DNA from: an uncultured virus (IMG/VR IMGVR_UViG_3300010163_001408)
Taxonomy: Duplodnaviria; Heunggongvirae; Uroviricota; Caudoviricetes
Strand: one strand, 5' to 3'
Length of the DNA: 64,000 nt
Virus record (IMG/VR): IMGVR_UViG_3300010163_001408
Made by a program: the position numbers and the translations under genes. The notes under the pieces were generated by a model. That model searched no databases, was not told where the DNA came from, and was given only the letters and a program-made list of their open reading frames with translations. Of the stretch, positions 19,109-29,996 are shown one piece after another; positions within the stretch are counted from its first letter, which is position 1, and each line of letters begins with the position of its first letter.

Positions 19109-20608
19109 ATGAGAGAGGCATGTAACAAACTTACAATAACAATAGTAGTAATAACTTGTTTAACTATTTGCCTATGTTTATTTGGTTGTGCAAGTATAAC
19201 AAAAGATATGCAATCAGCCATAAATGAGAATAAGGAAATAGTACTGTCAGTTGGTGTAGAGCCATCATCTTTAGAGAAAAGAGAGTTAACATGGGTAGAG
19301 TTGGATCAGTTGCAAACGTTTAAAAGTCTAAGACGTGGCTGGGATGATGAATTAAATATTCTTAAGTTTGATAACAATTCTAAGAATGGAGTATTATTCG
19401 TAGAGTTAGATGGCAGCTGGGCAGGAAATAATACTTTATACAATGCATTTCAAAATAAGGTATTTGTAAATGACTTCTATGGTGTAGGGTCAGTAAGAAG
19501 CAAGTTGGCAAAATTAGCAATAGAGGAGTTTAGTGACATTTCAAGTGAAAATGCAGGTATACTAGCATCAATAAATGCATACTTTAATATTTTTGCTACT
19601 AACACTGATGGAACATCTGGTTTAAACAATTTCATAAGCAGAGCAGAAGCAATGTCAGCAATATATAGAGCAGATACACCTGTAACACTTAATGAAGTAC
19701 CAGAGAGTTTTTCTAATGTAGTTGGAGAAAATATTTATAATGAATATGCTTTTAACTTAGAGCCATATAGTTATTTACAAACATCCAATGGAAGCTTAAA
19801 TAGTACATTATATAATAGCACAATAACAAGAGCAGAGTTTATTTACATGTTAGTACAAAGATATTTCCCTGATGATTATAATTCAACAAATGAAGAAATA
19901 GCTTTTACAGATTGTAAAAATGGTGGAAAAGTAAAAGAAATATCTGAAGGGCATGCACATCAAGCTTATGAACTTGAGTATAATTTACAAAATCCAGAAA
20001 AAGGAGTAAATGAAGATTTATATAAAGCTTTGGTAGTAGCTTATAAACATGGAATTGTTTCAAGCGAAACAAACTGGAATGAGGGATTACGTGGTGGCGA
20101 TATAATAACAATGCTAGTAAGTACATACCAAGCTATCAATAAAAGAGATGACTTCGCAGTAAATGCCAAGACAGGTGAAAATGCAGGACAGAGTTTATAT
20201 GTAGTAGCAAAACCTGAGGATAACAGTCAGGAACAACAAGTAACAGAACAGACAATTTCATTAGGACAGTCACATAAATTAAGTGACTTAGCAGATATAG
20301 ATGATTTGATTAAAGCATATGGTGATGAAATTGTAATGACAGATGAAGAAATAGAGGAAGCAAAATTAATTGGAGAATCATTCACTATTGAAGAATATGA
20401 TGCATACTTGGTAGTGGACCATTGCAGAGCATTAAATGTAAGGACAGGTCCAAGCACTGATTACAGAATAATAAAGTGTGTACCTAAAGGAACAGTAGCT
20501 CACATAGTTGGTGTTTGTGCAGAAAATGGATGGTATAGAGTTATAGCAGATGGAAAGATATGTTATCAATGTGGAGTTTATTTTTCAGAACAGGAAGAGC
20601 AAAAATAG
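19109..20608 (+). CDS. Lipoprotein with SLH-like motifs and a C-terminal bacterial SH3 domain
   Basis: Lipobox LFGC; ISRAEAM and ITRAEFI motifs; LNVRTGPSTDY.II..V.KG…NGWYRV. Confidence 0.8.
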   Translation: MREACNKLTITIVVITCLTICLCLFGCASITKDMQSAINENKEIVLSVGVEPSSLEKRELTWVELDQLQTFKSLRRGWDDELNILKFDNNSKNGVLFVELDGSWAGNNTLYNAFQNKVFVNDFYGVGSVRSKLAKLAIEEFSDISSENAGILASINAYFNIFATNTDGTSGLNNFISRAEAMSAIYRADTPVTLNEVPESFSNVVGENIYNEYAFNLEPYSYLQTSNGSLNSTLYNSTITRAEFIYMLVQRYFPDDYNSTNEEIAFTDCKNGGKVKEISEGHAHQAYELEYNLQNPEKGVNEDLYKALVVAYKHGIVSSETNWNEGLRGGDIITMLVSTYQAINKRDDFAVNAKTGENAGQSLYVVAKPEDNSQEQQVTEQTISLGQSHKLSDLADIDDLIKAYGDEIVMTDEEIEEAKLIGESFTIEEYDAYLVVDHCRALNVRTGPSTDYRIIKCVPKGTVAHIVGVCAENGWYRVIADGKICYQCGVYFSEQEEQK

Positions 20609-20796
20609 AAAATAAGAAGTAGGTTAAAATACAGCATAAAGCATAAAGAATAATAAGAAAGGGATTTAAAGCAAATAAAAATTAGTTATAAATCCCTTTC
20701 ATTAAAAAATAAGGCAATAAATTAAGCATAAATGTCAATAAGAAGTATGTTTTTAAGATTTAAAAAAAGATTTATAATAATAAGCCAGTAAAGAAA

Positions 20797-20825
20797 TTGA
20801 CAAATGGTAGTATTTCTGATATATT
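20797..20825 (+). promoter_or_regulatory. Sigma-A-type promoter upstream of the HTH gene
   Basis: TTGACA-17 nt-TATATT with a TG extension. Confidence 0.65.
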
Positions 20826-20897
20826 GGTACTGGTAAAAATAGAGAATAAATTAGGAAAGTATGATACAATATAGAATCTTGAAAGGACAACAGGGAA

Positions 20898-21119
20898 ATG
20901 AAACATAAATTAAGGATAATATTAGACAGATATAAACATACACAAAATGACCTAGCAGCTTTGCTAGGTATCACTTATCAATCTGTGAGTATCAAGTTAA
21001 ATGGAAAGAAGGACTTCACTCAAACAGAGATATACAAAATAATAAGTTATTATGGTTTAACTCCTGAACAAGTCGTAGATATATTTTTTAATGACGACGA
21101 TAGATATAAGGATGATTAA
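20898..21119 (+). CDS. Cro/CI-type HTH regulator
   Basis: TQNDLAALLGITYQSVSIKLNGKKDFT..EI. Confidence 0.85.
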   Translation: MKHKLRIILDRYKHTQNDLAALLGITYQSVSIKLNGKKDFTQTEIYKIISYYGLTPEQVVDIFFNDDDRYKDD

Positions 21120-21201
21120 TGAAAGCTTTTACAACTTGATATTTATACATTTTAGTATAATAAAAATAAGTTATAAAAAGTTGTATTAGGGAGGATAAAA
21201 A

Positions 21202-21783
21202 ATGACAATAGAGCAGCAGGAAACACCAGAAACACAGCAGGAAACACAGCAGGAAACACAGCAGGAAACACAGCAGGAAACACCAGAAGAAATAATGAAA
21301 AATTCAATATTTATAGTAGATACAATGGAAGGTAGAGTTAAATATACAGCAGAAGAGATAGACAAAGCATTGAATACAGATGTATTATATAAAACACTTA
21401 CATCAACAAGCATGGATGATGCAGAGAAACAACAAGTAATATGCAATCAAATTGGTAAATATTACAAAGAAGTAGTACTTAAGGGCAAAAGCAAAAGTGA
21501 CGTACAGGTAATGCTGAATAAAAACAACCCAGAAGTATTATTTACAGCAAGATTATTATGGTTTAAATATAACATGCTTGTAAAATTCAAAGATGCAAAG
21601 TTATTAGGTAGTACAATCAGGTTTTTGAAATTAGCCATATTTTTTATGATATTGGTTTCATTAACAAAATCAAGAGAAATTTTAATAGTGCAGTATCTTC
21701 AAATCCCATTCTTATTTGGGTTTGTATATATTACAACAAAATTAAGTTTTAGATTAGCAGAGACTATAATGAAAGGTGAATAA
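21202..21783 (+). CDS. Hypothetical membrane protein with N-terminal QQET repeats
   Basis: GGAGG RBS; two C-terminal hydrophobic helices. Confidence 0.78.
   Translation: MTIEQQETPETQQETQQETQQETQQETPEEIMKNSIFIVDTMEGRVKYTAEEIDKALNTDVLYKTLTSTSMDDAEKQQVICNQIGKYYKEVVLKGKSKSDVQVMLNKNNPEVLFTARLLWFKYNMLVKFKDAKLLGSTIRFLKLAIFFMILVSLTKSREILIVQYLQIPFLFGFVYITTKLSFRLAETIMKGE
21214..21283 (+). repeat. In-frame 12-nt tandem repeat CAGCAGGAAACA
   Basis: Four adjacent exact copies plus one upstream copy. Confidence 0.9.
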
Positions 21784-21786
21784 GAT

Positions 21787-22524
21787 ATGCAAAAAATAAG
21801 ACACATAGCAGATAATATTTGGAAAATAGTTTTAGTAAAGACTATTGATGACACAGAACCAATTTATTATAGACTTGTTAATTTAAAAACATATCAAACT
21901 ATAGATGTACCAGCATATAGGATTCTTGATGAAGTCATTAACAATAAAAAAGTAATCAAGAATTTAATATGTAAGAACAATTCAATTTCTATTGTAAACG
22001 ATGATGGGTATGAGTGTACAGATGAATTAATCAAGATTGATGAATTTGATAAAGAGGTACCTGATCTGCTAGAGTGGTCAATACAGCACGGAGATTTAGG
22101 AGTACAAATACTAAATAGATTTGATACTGATAAAAATATACTATCACCAAGTAACATAAGCATAAGTTCCTCAAGACAAATAGCATGGACATGTGAACGT
22201 GGACACACAATATATTGTGAGTTTTCGGTATATTTTAGTACAAAATGTAATTGCCCTGTATGTGAAGCAGAGAGAAATGATGCAATGCTGTCATTAAAAA
22301 CATGGGCATGTTTAACTCAGAATAAAGATATACTGAATGATTATGATGCAGCAGAAAATAATAAGATATACAGTCATGATATAGGATGGAAACAAAGAAA
22401 CAAAGTGTGGTTTAGAAGAAATGATGAAGAAGTGTCAGAGTGTCTGTACAATGTAACAGTAAAAAATATAGAACCTCCATTCAGTGAAAAGAATAGAAAG
22501 AAGAAAGTTAACTTAAAAAGATAG
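21787..22524 (+). CDS. Zinc-ribbon-domain protein
   Basis: AWTCERGH…CPVC treble-clef-like pattern. Confidence 0.7.
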   Translation: MQKIRHIADNIWKIVLVKTIDDTEPIYYRLVNLKTYQTIDVPAYRILDEVINNKKVIKNLICKNNSISIVNDDGYECTDELIKIDEFDKEVPDLLEWSIQHGDLGVQILNRFDTDKNILSPSNISISSSRQIAWTCERGHTIYCEFSVYFSTKCNCPVCEAERNDAMLSLKTWACLTQNKDILNDYDAAENNKIYSHDIGWKQRNKVWFRRNDEEVSECLYNVTVKNIEPPFSEKNRKKKVNLKR

Positions 22525-22594
22525 AAATATAGCTGGAGGCTTACTAATTGTAGTCAAGTCTCCTATTTTTATTTATATTACAAGGAAAAATAGT

Positions 22595-23266
22595 ATGAGA
22601 AATAATGAGATAGATTTAAATTTACTTGATTTAGATTCAATAGACTTATCAGGTTGGAATTTAGATGAAATAGATAGAAGAAAAGATAGAAATTTAGTGT
22701 CAATGCTATCTATGCTAGATGCAAAGCATAGTATAGTATTATCAGATGAAATAGGATTAATAGGTTACGGATATGACGAGACACCTAAAATGAAAGTAAT
22801 ATCAGATGAAGTATATGATAACAAAATAGCAGAATTTGATAAGCAAGATATATATGGATTTAGAGGAAACTATTTCAAGGTAGTGAACAGATACGGAATA
22901 ATATTATTTGATGAATATGTGGATGCAATTTGGATAGTACAAGATAGCAACATTAATATAAAATATTACATATTTAAATTAAAGGATTACACAAGAAAAT
23001 CTAGAAATGATAAGGAATTATTTTTTGATAACTTTGAAGGTACATCTGCATACGTATTATATGAAGTAGAAACAGATAAATTATATGTGAATAATTTAAA
23101 TGATTTAGAGGTGGCACAGAAAATAGGTGAAGTTACAAATGATAAGTTTAAAATAACATTATTAGGCAATAATAATTATATAATTTATATAGATAAAAAA
23201 GAATACAGATCATTTATAGTAAACTGCAGATACAAAATATATAATTGTTATGAATTAGATAGATAA
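22595..23266 (+). CDS. Hypothetical beta-rich protein, possibly a distant member of the paralogue family
   Basis: LVSMLSML, KVVNRYGIILF and VLYEVETDK resemble the family motifs weakly. Confidence 0.7.
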   Translation: MRNNEIDLNLLDLDSIDLSGWNLDEIDRRKDRNLVSMLSMLDAKHSIVLSDEIGLIGYGYDETPKMKVISDEVYDNKIAEFDKQDIYGFRGNYFKVVNRYGIILFDEYVDAIWIVQDSNINIKYYIFKLKDYTRKSRNDKELFFDNFEGTSAYVLYEVETDKLYVNNLNDLEVAQKIGEVTNDKFKITLLGNNNYIIYIDKKEYRSFIVNCRYKIYNCYELDR

Positions 23267-23288
23267 AAACAGAGAGGAAGTATAAAAG

Positions 23289-24041
23289 ATGACACAGATA
23301 AGCAACAAAAATAAACTAGTAGCATTAACATTATTCATAAGTACATTATTAATAAATACAATAAACGGTTATTTAAATAACCAGGCAATTTATGATATAA
23401 TAATATTTGCGTTAATAGATTTTTTACTCTTAGAAGCTTATATTAAGTTACCAGAGAAGCCAATCCAGACAGTACTAATTATTATAGTAAGACAATTAAT
23501 AATAACCATACAAGACATGTGGTTAGGTATGACACCAAATGAATCAATATCCTCTAACATAGGAGTATTATTTATATCAACAGTGATATTGTTTATGCAA
23601 TATAAGTTATCCAAAATCAATCAAAATAAAGCAGTAAACTTTAAAGAAAAGTTAAAGTTAGCTTATAATTATGAAAGAAAACCTATAAAATTAAATATAC
23701 CAATTTGTATAATATTATATAGCATAATATTAACAGTAATATTTCAGTTAATGAATAGTGAAACATTAGAATTATTAAGTAATAAAACACCAGTTAAGTT
23801 ATATGGAGCAGTAGCGGTAGCACTTCCAGTATTTGAGATACTTGCAATAATAAGTACAACAACATGGGCATATCAAATAATAGTAATATATGAGATAATT
23901 AAGATAATTACATTAATAAGCACATACAAGCTAGGAGGTTTAAACATACAAACATTGTTATATGCAATATTACAACTTATAGTAATACTATATAGCATAA
24001 GAAAATATAACTGCATAAAACAAACAATTAAAAGCGATTGA
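23289..24041 (+). CDS. Multi-pass integral membrane protein
   Basis: About 7-8 hydrophobic segments; GAGGA RBS. Confidence 0.78.
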   Translation: MTQISNKNKLVALTLFISTLLINTINGYLNNQAIYDIIIFALIDFLLLEAYIKLPEKPIQTVLIIIVRQLIITIQDMWLGMTPNESISSNIGVLFISTVILFMQYKLSKINQNKAVNFKEKLKLAYNYERKPIKLNIPICIILYSIILTVIFQLMNSETLELLSNKTPVKLYGAVAVALPVFEILAIISTTTWAYQIIVIYEIIKIITLISTYKLGGLNIQTLLYAILQLIVILYSIRKYNCIKQTIKSD

Positions 24042-24103
24042 AAATAAAGGATAGACAAACAGATATATAAATAAACAAAAAGGAAAATGAAGGTAAACAT
24101 AAC

Positions 24104-25456
24104 ATGATAAAAGATATAGAAATCATAGGCTTAGAAGTTGAAAACACGGTAGAGAATGAGCAGGCAGTAGAGAATGAGCAAATAGCAGAGACAATTCTAG
24201 AAAGCTTAACAAACTACAAAGCAAATCAATATAGAGGATTAGAAGTAATAGATCTAGACTTTGAAGTTGATAGGGATCAGCAATATTCCAAAACTAGCAA
24301 GTCAGCTTTAGATAAGAAGCAACGTGATGATTTAAGGGGATTCTATGAATCAGTTAATAATGATATACAGATAACAAAGGATATACTAGATAAAGGATTG
24401 TATGGCATAATATTTAAAGTAGTATCAACATTATATAAGAATGTTAAACTTGAGATAACAATAGCAGTATTACTTGTTTTATTCATTATATTTACACCAA
24501 TTATTCATAACATGCATCAAAATAATTATATGATTACAGAAGCTAAAGAAGTAGAATACACTGGATCATCAATCTATGTAGATGTAAATGATACTACACA
24601 TAAGCTGGATATAAGCATAAACAATTTAAGTATTGAAACAGCTTCTGGTTTTCTGAATTCAGACATTCAGGAATTAGAGTTTAATAACATAGAAACAAAT
24701 AAAGATTCGTATAATATTAATGACATAACATATAAAATATTAAGTGAATTACATCTAAATAAGTTAGATATACAAAATGATTATGTATATGTTCAATATA
24801 TAAATGATAACAACACTGCAAGTAAAGAACTTGTATGGGCAGAAGAAAAGCCAAGCAACATATCAACAGACACGCTAAGTAAAATAGACACAAGGTTTTT
24901 TGAGAAGAGCAGTCCACTTCAAATAAAGACATGTATAAATAGTTATGATAATTCATTTCTAATGTTGATGGAAACAATTTCAGGTGGAGAACTAAAAACA
25001 GATTCCTTAATAGACACCTTAGTAAATATAGAAAATAACATTACAACTTCACAAAAACTAAATACCAATAGTGAAATAACATTAGAAATAAGTGAATTAG
25101 GCAGTATAAAGCTTAGTGAATTAACTGAAATAAGTGGAGAAACAGAGATATTATATGATCATGACACTGATATATTAAGAATATACAATTCAGCAGATAA
25201 TATAGACTATGTATATATTTATGAAATAAATAACAAACTAATGAATTACAATATAGAAAATTTAGTTGAGACAAGTAATGAAAGAGTTTATGTAAATACT
25301 GATTTTAACAATAAAGAAAGTAATGATTACAATACAGTAATAGTAAAAGGAGAAACAAAGGTTTACTGTATTAAGGTCAGTGATATAGTAAATGATACAT
25401 TACTATATAATATACTTAATCAATTAGGAATTAAAATAGACAGCATAGAATTATAA
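24104..25456 (+). CDS. Single-pass membrane protein with a large extracellular domain
   Basis: ITIAVLLVLFIIFTPII helix; 450-aa ORF. Confidence 0.78.
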   Translation: MIKDIEIIGLEVENTVENEQAVENEQIAETILESLTNYKANQYRGLEVIDLDFEVDRDQQYSKTSKSALDKKQRDDLRGFYESVNNDIQITKDILDKGLYGIIFKVVSTLYKNVKLEITIAVLLVLFIIFTPIIHNMHQNNYMITEAKEVEYTGSSIYVDVNDTTHKLDISINNLSIETASGFLNSDIQELEFNNIETNKDSYNINDITYKILSELHLNKLDIQNDYVYVQYINDNNTASKELVWAEEKPSNISTDTLSKIDTRFFEKSSPLQIKTCINSYDNSFLMLMETISGGELKTDSLIDTLVNIENNITTSQKLNTNSEITLEISELGSIKLSELTEISGETEILYDHDTDILRIYNSADNIDYVYIYEINNKLMNYNIENLVETSNERVYVNTDFNNKESNDYNTVIVKGETKVYCIKVSDIVNDTLLYNILNQLGIKIDSIEL

Positions 25457-25475
25457 TAAGAAAGGACAAAATAGG

Positions 25476-26441
25476 ATGTATAACTTATCAAATATAGGAA
25501 GACAATGGATCTGCAGAAAATTAGGCATGTTATATGATTCAAATAGCATCTTTGTAAAAGATGAAAAGGCTTTTAATGATAGAATGGACTTATTAAATCC
25601 AGTATATAACATAGATAAACTGGTAGAACTTTATAAGAACGAACTTAATAATTTCTCATTAGAAATAGAGTACAATGATTATTTAAAAGAATCATTAATA
25701 AAATTAGCAACAGATATAAAAAATAAAATAAACATAGCAAATAGTATTATAGAGTTACTAAGTAGAATTAAAGATAAAACATGTTTAAATTATTTTAAGA
25801 AAGAAAAAACTTTTGAAAATGCATTAGATAGTAAAGCATACTTAAGAATTTATTTTGATTACCCTATGTATGAAGGATTTAGGTATTTATGTAACGGATT
25901 CTCCAATGTAAAATCAAATGCATACGATTATATTTATAGCATAACAAATAGTAAATTTTTAGCATATGATTCAGATATAAGCATAGTAGATAATATAGAT
26001 GAATATGTAAGTGATGCAATGTTATTCATAAGTGCATCTTTATTTTCATTACTAAGTCCTAAATTATTAAATAGTAAAGAATTAAAATATATTGGCAAAT
26101 CAGAGATAATTTATATATCGTCATATAATAAATCAGTTACACAATTAAATAATATAGTGGAATTAATAAGAACAAATGAAATACTTAGTTTTGAGAATGC
26201 AAACATTGAGTTATATAATATAAATCAGTTAGCAACTAATAATACCATCAATGAAAAAGTATCATTGATACATGAAAGCACAAGTATAAGACATAAAATA
26301 ATAGATTGTGACGAGGTAACATTTTTAGCTTACTTAAGAAAACAAAAAGGAGAGCATCGGTCCAAATATGATAACTACTTTAATTATAAGGGTAACTTAG
26401 CTAAACTTCAATCAAACATTAAAATTGATTGGATTAAATAA
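25476..26441 (+). CDS. Hypothetical protein
   Basis: 321-aa ORF with AAGGA RBS. Confidence 0.75.
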   Translation: MYNLSNIGRQWICRKLGMLYDSNSIFVKDEKAFNDRMDLLNPVYNIDKLVELYKNELNNFSLEIEYNDYLKESLIKLATDIKNKINIANSIIELLSRIKDKTCLNYFKKEKTFENALDSKAYLRIYFDYPMYEGFRYLCNGFSNVKSNAYDYIYSITNSKFLAYDSDISIVDNIDEYVSDAMLFISASLFSLLSPKLLNSKELKYIGKSEIIYISSYNKSVTQLNNIVELIRTNEILSFENANIELYNINQLATNNTINEKVSLIHESTSIRHKIIDCDEVTFLAYLRKQKGEHRSKYDNYFNYKGNLAKLQSNIKIDWIK

Positions 26442-26707
26442 TAAAATCCTATAAATTAGACATGTAAATCAAGTATAGATTAATAAATTTATTTTTAATA
26501 TTGCATGTAGTATGTAGGCATGGTTCTAAAATTTAAAAATTTCTGTATACTATATGCATTTAAAAATAAAAGCATAGGCATTTAAGTATGCATTAGGTAA
26601 AATCACCTACCTATTTTTATATAGATTTAGATTATGATAAATTAGTGAATTAAAGATACAATTTTTATAACAACTGAAAACATTGATATACATGTAGGAG
26701 ATTAGCT

Positions 26708-27328
26708 ATGGCAATTCAAGTAATGTTTAAGAACGAGAAATCATATATAGCAATTAAAAATGATAAACTCTATATAGTAAGTACAAAATACAAGGATTAT
26801 TCTCCTAGGGCAATTACAATTATGCCTGGATTTCAAATAGAATTAGGTAGAAACATACAAGAAATAGAAGATGCAATAAAAAGGACAAGACTACCTATAA
26901 TATTAAAGACATTAGCAGAGATGAATAATATAAAACAAGTGCAAATTATAAGAATGCATACTGGTAAGGTAGCAGACAAAGTAGTAGCAATAATATCATG
27001 TAAAAATAATATAATAAACACAGTAGCATTTAATAGAAAACTTATAAAAGATGGAGAATATAGAAGATATAATAATTTGTCAGTATTGCACCAAGTGTCA
27101 ATTCCTTATGATTTAAGCGAAAGCAATACAAGATTTAGAAGAGACCAAGTAATAAGTACATTAAGTAATATAATACCAAGTATATCACATAGTGAAGTGG
27201 AAGTAATAGAAAAAGAAAAGCGACTAGTAGCATCTGTAAGGGATGATGATGCAGCAATAAAGTTTACATTTGTATCCAATACACAAATGAATAATAGATT
27301 TGAACTAATGAGCATAGCACTAGCATAA
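26708..27328 (+). CDS. Hypothetical protein
   Basis: 206-aa ORF with AGGAG RBS. Confidence 0.78.
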   Translation: MAIQVMFKNEKSYIAIKNDKLYIVSTKYKDYSPRAITIMPGFQIELGRNIQEIEDAIKRTRLPIILKTLAEMNNIKQVQIIRMHTGKVADKVVAIISCKNNIINTVAFNRKLIKDGEYRRYNNLSVLHQVSIPYDLSESNTRFRRDQVISTLSNIIPSISHSEVEVIEKEKRLVASVRDDDAAIKFTFVSNTQMNNRFELMSIALA

Positions 27329-27356
27329 CAACAAATACATTATGGAGAAGTAGAAA

Positions 27357-27830
27357 ATGGCAATAGGAATAAAGATAACAGATAATTTAATAATACAGCT
27401 TGGGGAAATCAAGGAACAGCTTTTAAAAGAATTAGACGATGCAAAGCTAAAATATGACATTCCATTTGATAAATTGAATAATAGCAACTCTAATTTAAAA
27501 GAGACAATTATTCAAATTAAAGAACTAAATATTGAGGTTACAACAGAGAATGATATAATAAATTATATAAAATCTGGTAACACAGTTTATACTAACATAG
27601 ACGTATTAGAAGATATTGAAAATAATGCATTGGAGCATGTCAAAACAATACAAAACAAAGTATGTGAGTTTTTTAATGATAAAGATTATAATATTAAAAT
27701 GGAAAAGATAGACTTAAGGACATTAAATATAACATTTATTCTTTATTCAGAATATGAAAAAGCAAGGGTACACGTTTTAAGGGACACACATGGTAAAGTG
27801 TTTATAAATACAATAATGCATATACAATAA
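27357..27830 (+). CDS. Hypothetical protein
   Basis: 157-aa ORF with GGAG RBS. Confidence 0.75.
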   Translation: MAIGIKITDNLIIQLGEIKEQLLKELDDAKLKYDIPFDKLNNSNSNLKETIIQIKELNIEVTTENDIINYIKSGNTVYTNIDVLEDIENNALEHVKTIQNKVCEFFNDKDYNIKMEKIDLRTLNITFILYSEYEKARVHVLRDTHGKVFINTIMHIQ

Positions 27831-27838
27831 TAAGAAGA

Positions 27839-29422
27839 TTGAATAACATGGATAAAAAGATACAATTCTTTAAAAATAAAATAATAGCAAGACTAGATGA
27901 ATTAAAGCCATTTATGTCAGATGTTAAGTACAGATTATATATTTCAATAATAAATGATTGTACTAATATTGATGATATAAGAGACATGGCAGAACTTGAC
28001 ATGCAGTTTAATATGATTAAGTATGTCAATGAAATAGCAGATAAATTAAAGCTTAGCAACACAAACATAGGTGAATTAGAAGCAGTAACCAATCAGAATA
28101 TTAAGGCTGCAAAGATAACAATAATAGAACCTAAGAAAAAAGAAGCTAAGAGTAATGCAGAGATAGCAAATGAAATAGACTTGTCTACACTAGAGGAGGA
28201 TCTAGAGGACGAAGAAATATTAGCATCAGCTGCTAATATGCTTATGATGCGATTAAAAATAGCATCACCAGAAGAATTATACAATGAGGATGAAGAAGAT
28301 GACGCAGAAATAGATATTGATTACATGATTGAAGAATTAGATTACAATGAAGATGAGCCAGAAGAATCAAAGGAGGAAACAAATAAGAAGAAAGATCAAG
28401 CAAATCAGACTGAAATTAATCCTGATGATGAAATAATAGATTTTGGTATGGATGATAAACCAAGCAAAGATAAAGAGGATAACACTGATAATATAAATAT
28501 AGATGAACTGGAGTTTGAAGAGGAAGAAGACAATAGCTTTAATAATATAGATGACTTAGAGTTTGAAGAGGAAGAAGATTACGAAGCAAACGAAATAGAA
28601 GAAGATGCATTCAGTAACATAGATGAATTAGATTTTGATGATGAGGAAGAAGATTACGAGGCAGAGGAAGAAGAGGATGCCCTTGATAGCATAGATAATT
28701 TAGACTTTGAGGAAGAAGATTACGAGGCAGAGGAAGAGGATAGTCCAGACAGTGAAAATGAAGAGGATACATTTAATAGTGTAGATAACTTAGACTTTGA
28801 GGAAGAAGATTACGAAGCAGAGGATGACTCAGATGATAATGAAGAGGATACATTTGATAGCATAGATAATTTAGACTTTGAAGAGGAAGAAAATGATTAT
28901 GAAGCAGAGGATGACTCAGATGATAATGAAGAGGATACATTTAATAGTATAGATAACTTAGACTTTGAAGAAGAAAATGATTATGAAGCAGAGGATGACG
29001 AGACAGACGATGAGAATATACTAGATGACATAGATAATATAGACACAGATAATTTATTTAGTGATGAAGTTGAAGATGAACCAGAAGAAGATAATGATAA
29101 CATGTTTGATATAGATGAATCAGAGTTATCATTTGACGGGCCTGATGACGAAGAAGAGGACACATTTGAAAACTTCTTCAAAAACAATAAAGAAAACACT
29201 GCAAATAAAACAGTGACACCTATAAAAAGAGAACTAACAACACAAAGAGTATTTATAAATGGTACAAAAAGAGGAGATCAAACACAGCAGATGTTCAATA
29301 TACTTACAGGTATATTTAACAAAACAGGAAAATTTACTAAAAAAGTGGCAGCAAATACAGCTACAACAGTAAAAAGAGGCATGCAAAAGGCAAACAATTC
29401 AAGTTATTTTAAATTAAGTTAA
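27839..29422 (+). CDS. Hypothetical protein with a very long acidic repeat region
   Basis: Helical N-terminus, about 280 aa of D/E-rich repeats, basic C-terminus; start may be the ATG at 27848. Confidence 0.8.
   Translation: MNNMDKKIQFFKNKIIARLDELKPFMSDVKYRLYISIINDCTNIDDIRDMAELDMQFNMIKYVNEIADKLKLSNTNIGELEAVTNQNIKAAKITIIEPKKKEAKSNAEIANEIDLSTLEEDLEDEEILASAANMLMMRLKIASPEELYNEDEEDDAEIDIDYMIEELDYNEDEPEESKEETNKKKDQANQTEINPDDEIIDFGMDDKPSKDKEDNTDNINIDELEFEEEEDNSFNNIDDLEFEEEEDYEANEIEEDAFSNIDELDFDDEEEDYEAEEEEDALDSIDNLDFEEEDYEAEEEDSPDSENEEDTFNSVDNLDFEEEDYEAEDDSDDNEEDTFDSIDNLDFEEEENDYEAEDDSDDNEEDTFNSIDNLDFEEENDYEAEDDETDDENILDDIDNIDTDNLFSDEVEDEPEEDNDNMFDIDESELSFDGPDDEEEDTFENFFKNNKENTANKTVTPIKRELTTQRVFINGTKRGDQTQQMFNILTGIFNKTGKFTKKVAANTATTVKRGMQKANNSSYFKLS
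28490..29000 (+). repeat. Degenerate in-frame tandem repeat encoding F(N/D)SIDNLDFEEEDYEAE…
   Basis: Repeated GATAA(T/C)TTAGACTTTGA and GA(T/A)GATTACGA(A/G)GCAGAG blocks. Confidence 0.85.
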
Positions 29423-29445
29423 AGTTAAAATAGAAAGAGAAATAA

Positions 29446-29994
29446 ATGAATAACATTAAACAATTAGCAAGCATACTACCAATAGTTTATGACAACAGAA
29501 AGCTAAAATTATTAAGTACATCAGAAATATATGATTATTCATCTGAATTAAGATCCAATTACTTTAATAAATATTCAGACTACAATTATAAAACAGATTT
29601 ACCAAAAAGTAATTTGCAATCAATACTTTTCAATTTCGCAGTAGGATATAGTTTAAAACTAGAATATCCTGGAGAAGCTAGGTTAATATTAATAGACAAT
29701 GCAAATAGCAGGTTAATTGGTGGATGTACTATATTTGAAAAAGAGAACAACACTGTATTAGAATTAGCTTACTTTATAAAACCAGAGTATCAACACAAGG
29801 GTGAAGCATTAAATATGTTAAGGCATGTAATACAAGCATTAAGAAATAGTAAAATAAATTTTTATTTATTTAGGGCTATTATACAAGATTCTAATGAGGC
29901 ATCAATAAAATTAGTAGACAAATTAGGATTCAAGCCTGGCAGAACATTTAAAGGAGTTCATACATATAATATAGTGTGTGAGTTAGTAAGATAG
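29446..29994 (+). CDS. GNAT (RimJ/RimL-like) acetyltransferase
   Basis: ELAYFIKPEYQHKG.A; N.ASIKL..KLGF. Confidence 0.85.
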   Translation: MNNIKQLASILPIVYDNRKLKLLSTSEIYDYSSELRSNYFNKYSDYNYKTDLPKSNLQSILFNFAVGYSLKLEYPGEARLILIDNANSRLIGGCTIFEKENNTVLELAYFIKPEYQHKGEALNMLRHVIQALRNSKINFYLFRAIIQDSNEASIKLVDKLGFKPGRTFKGVHTYNIVCELVR

Positions 29995-29996
29995 AA

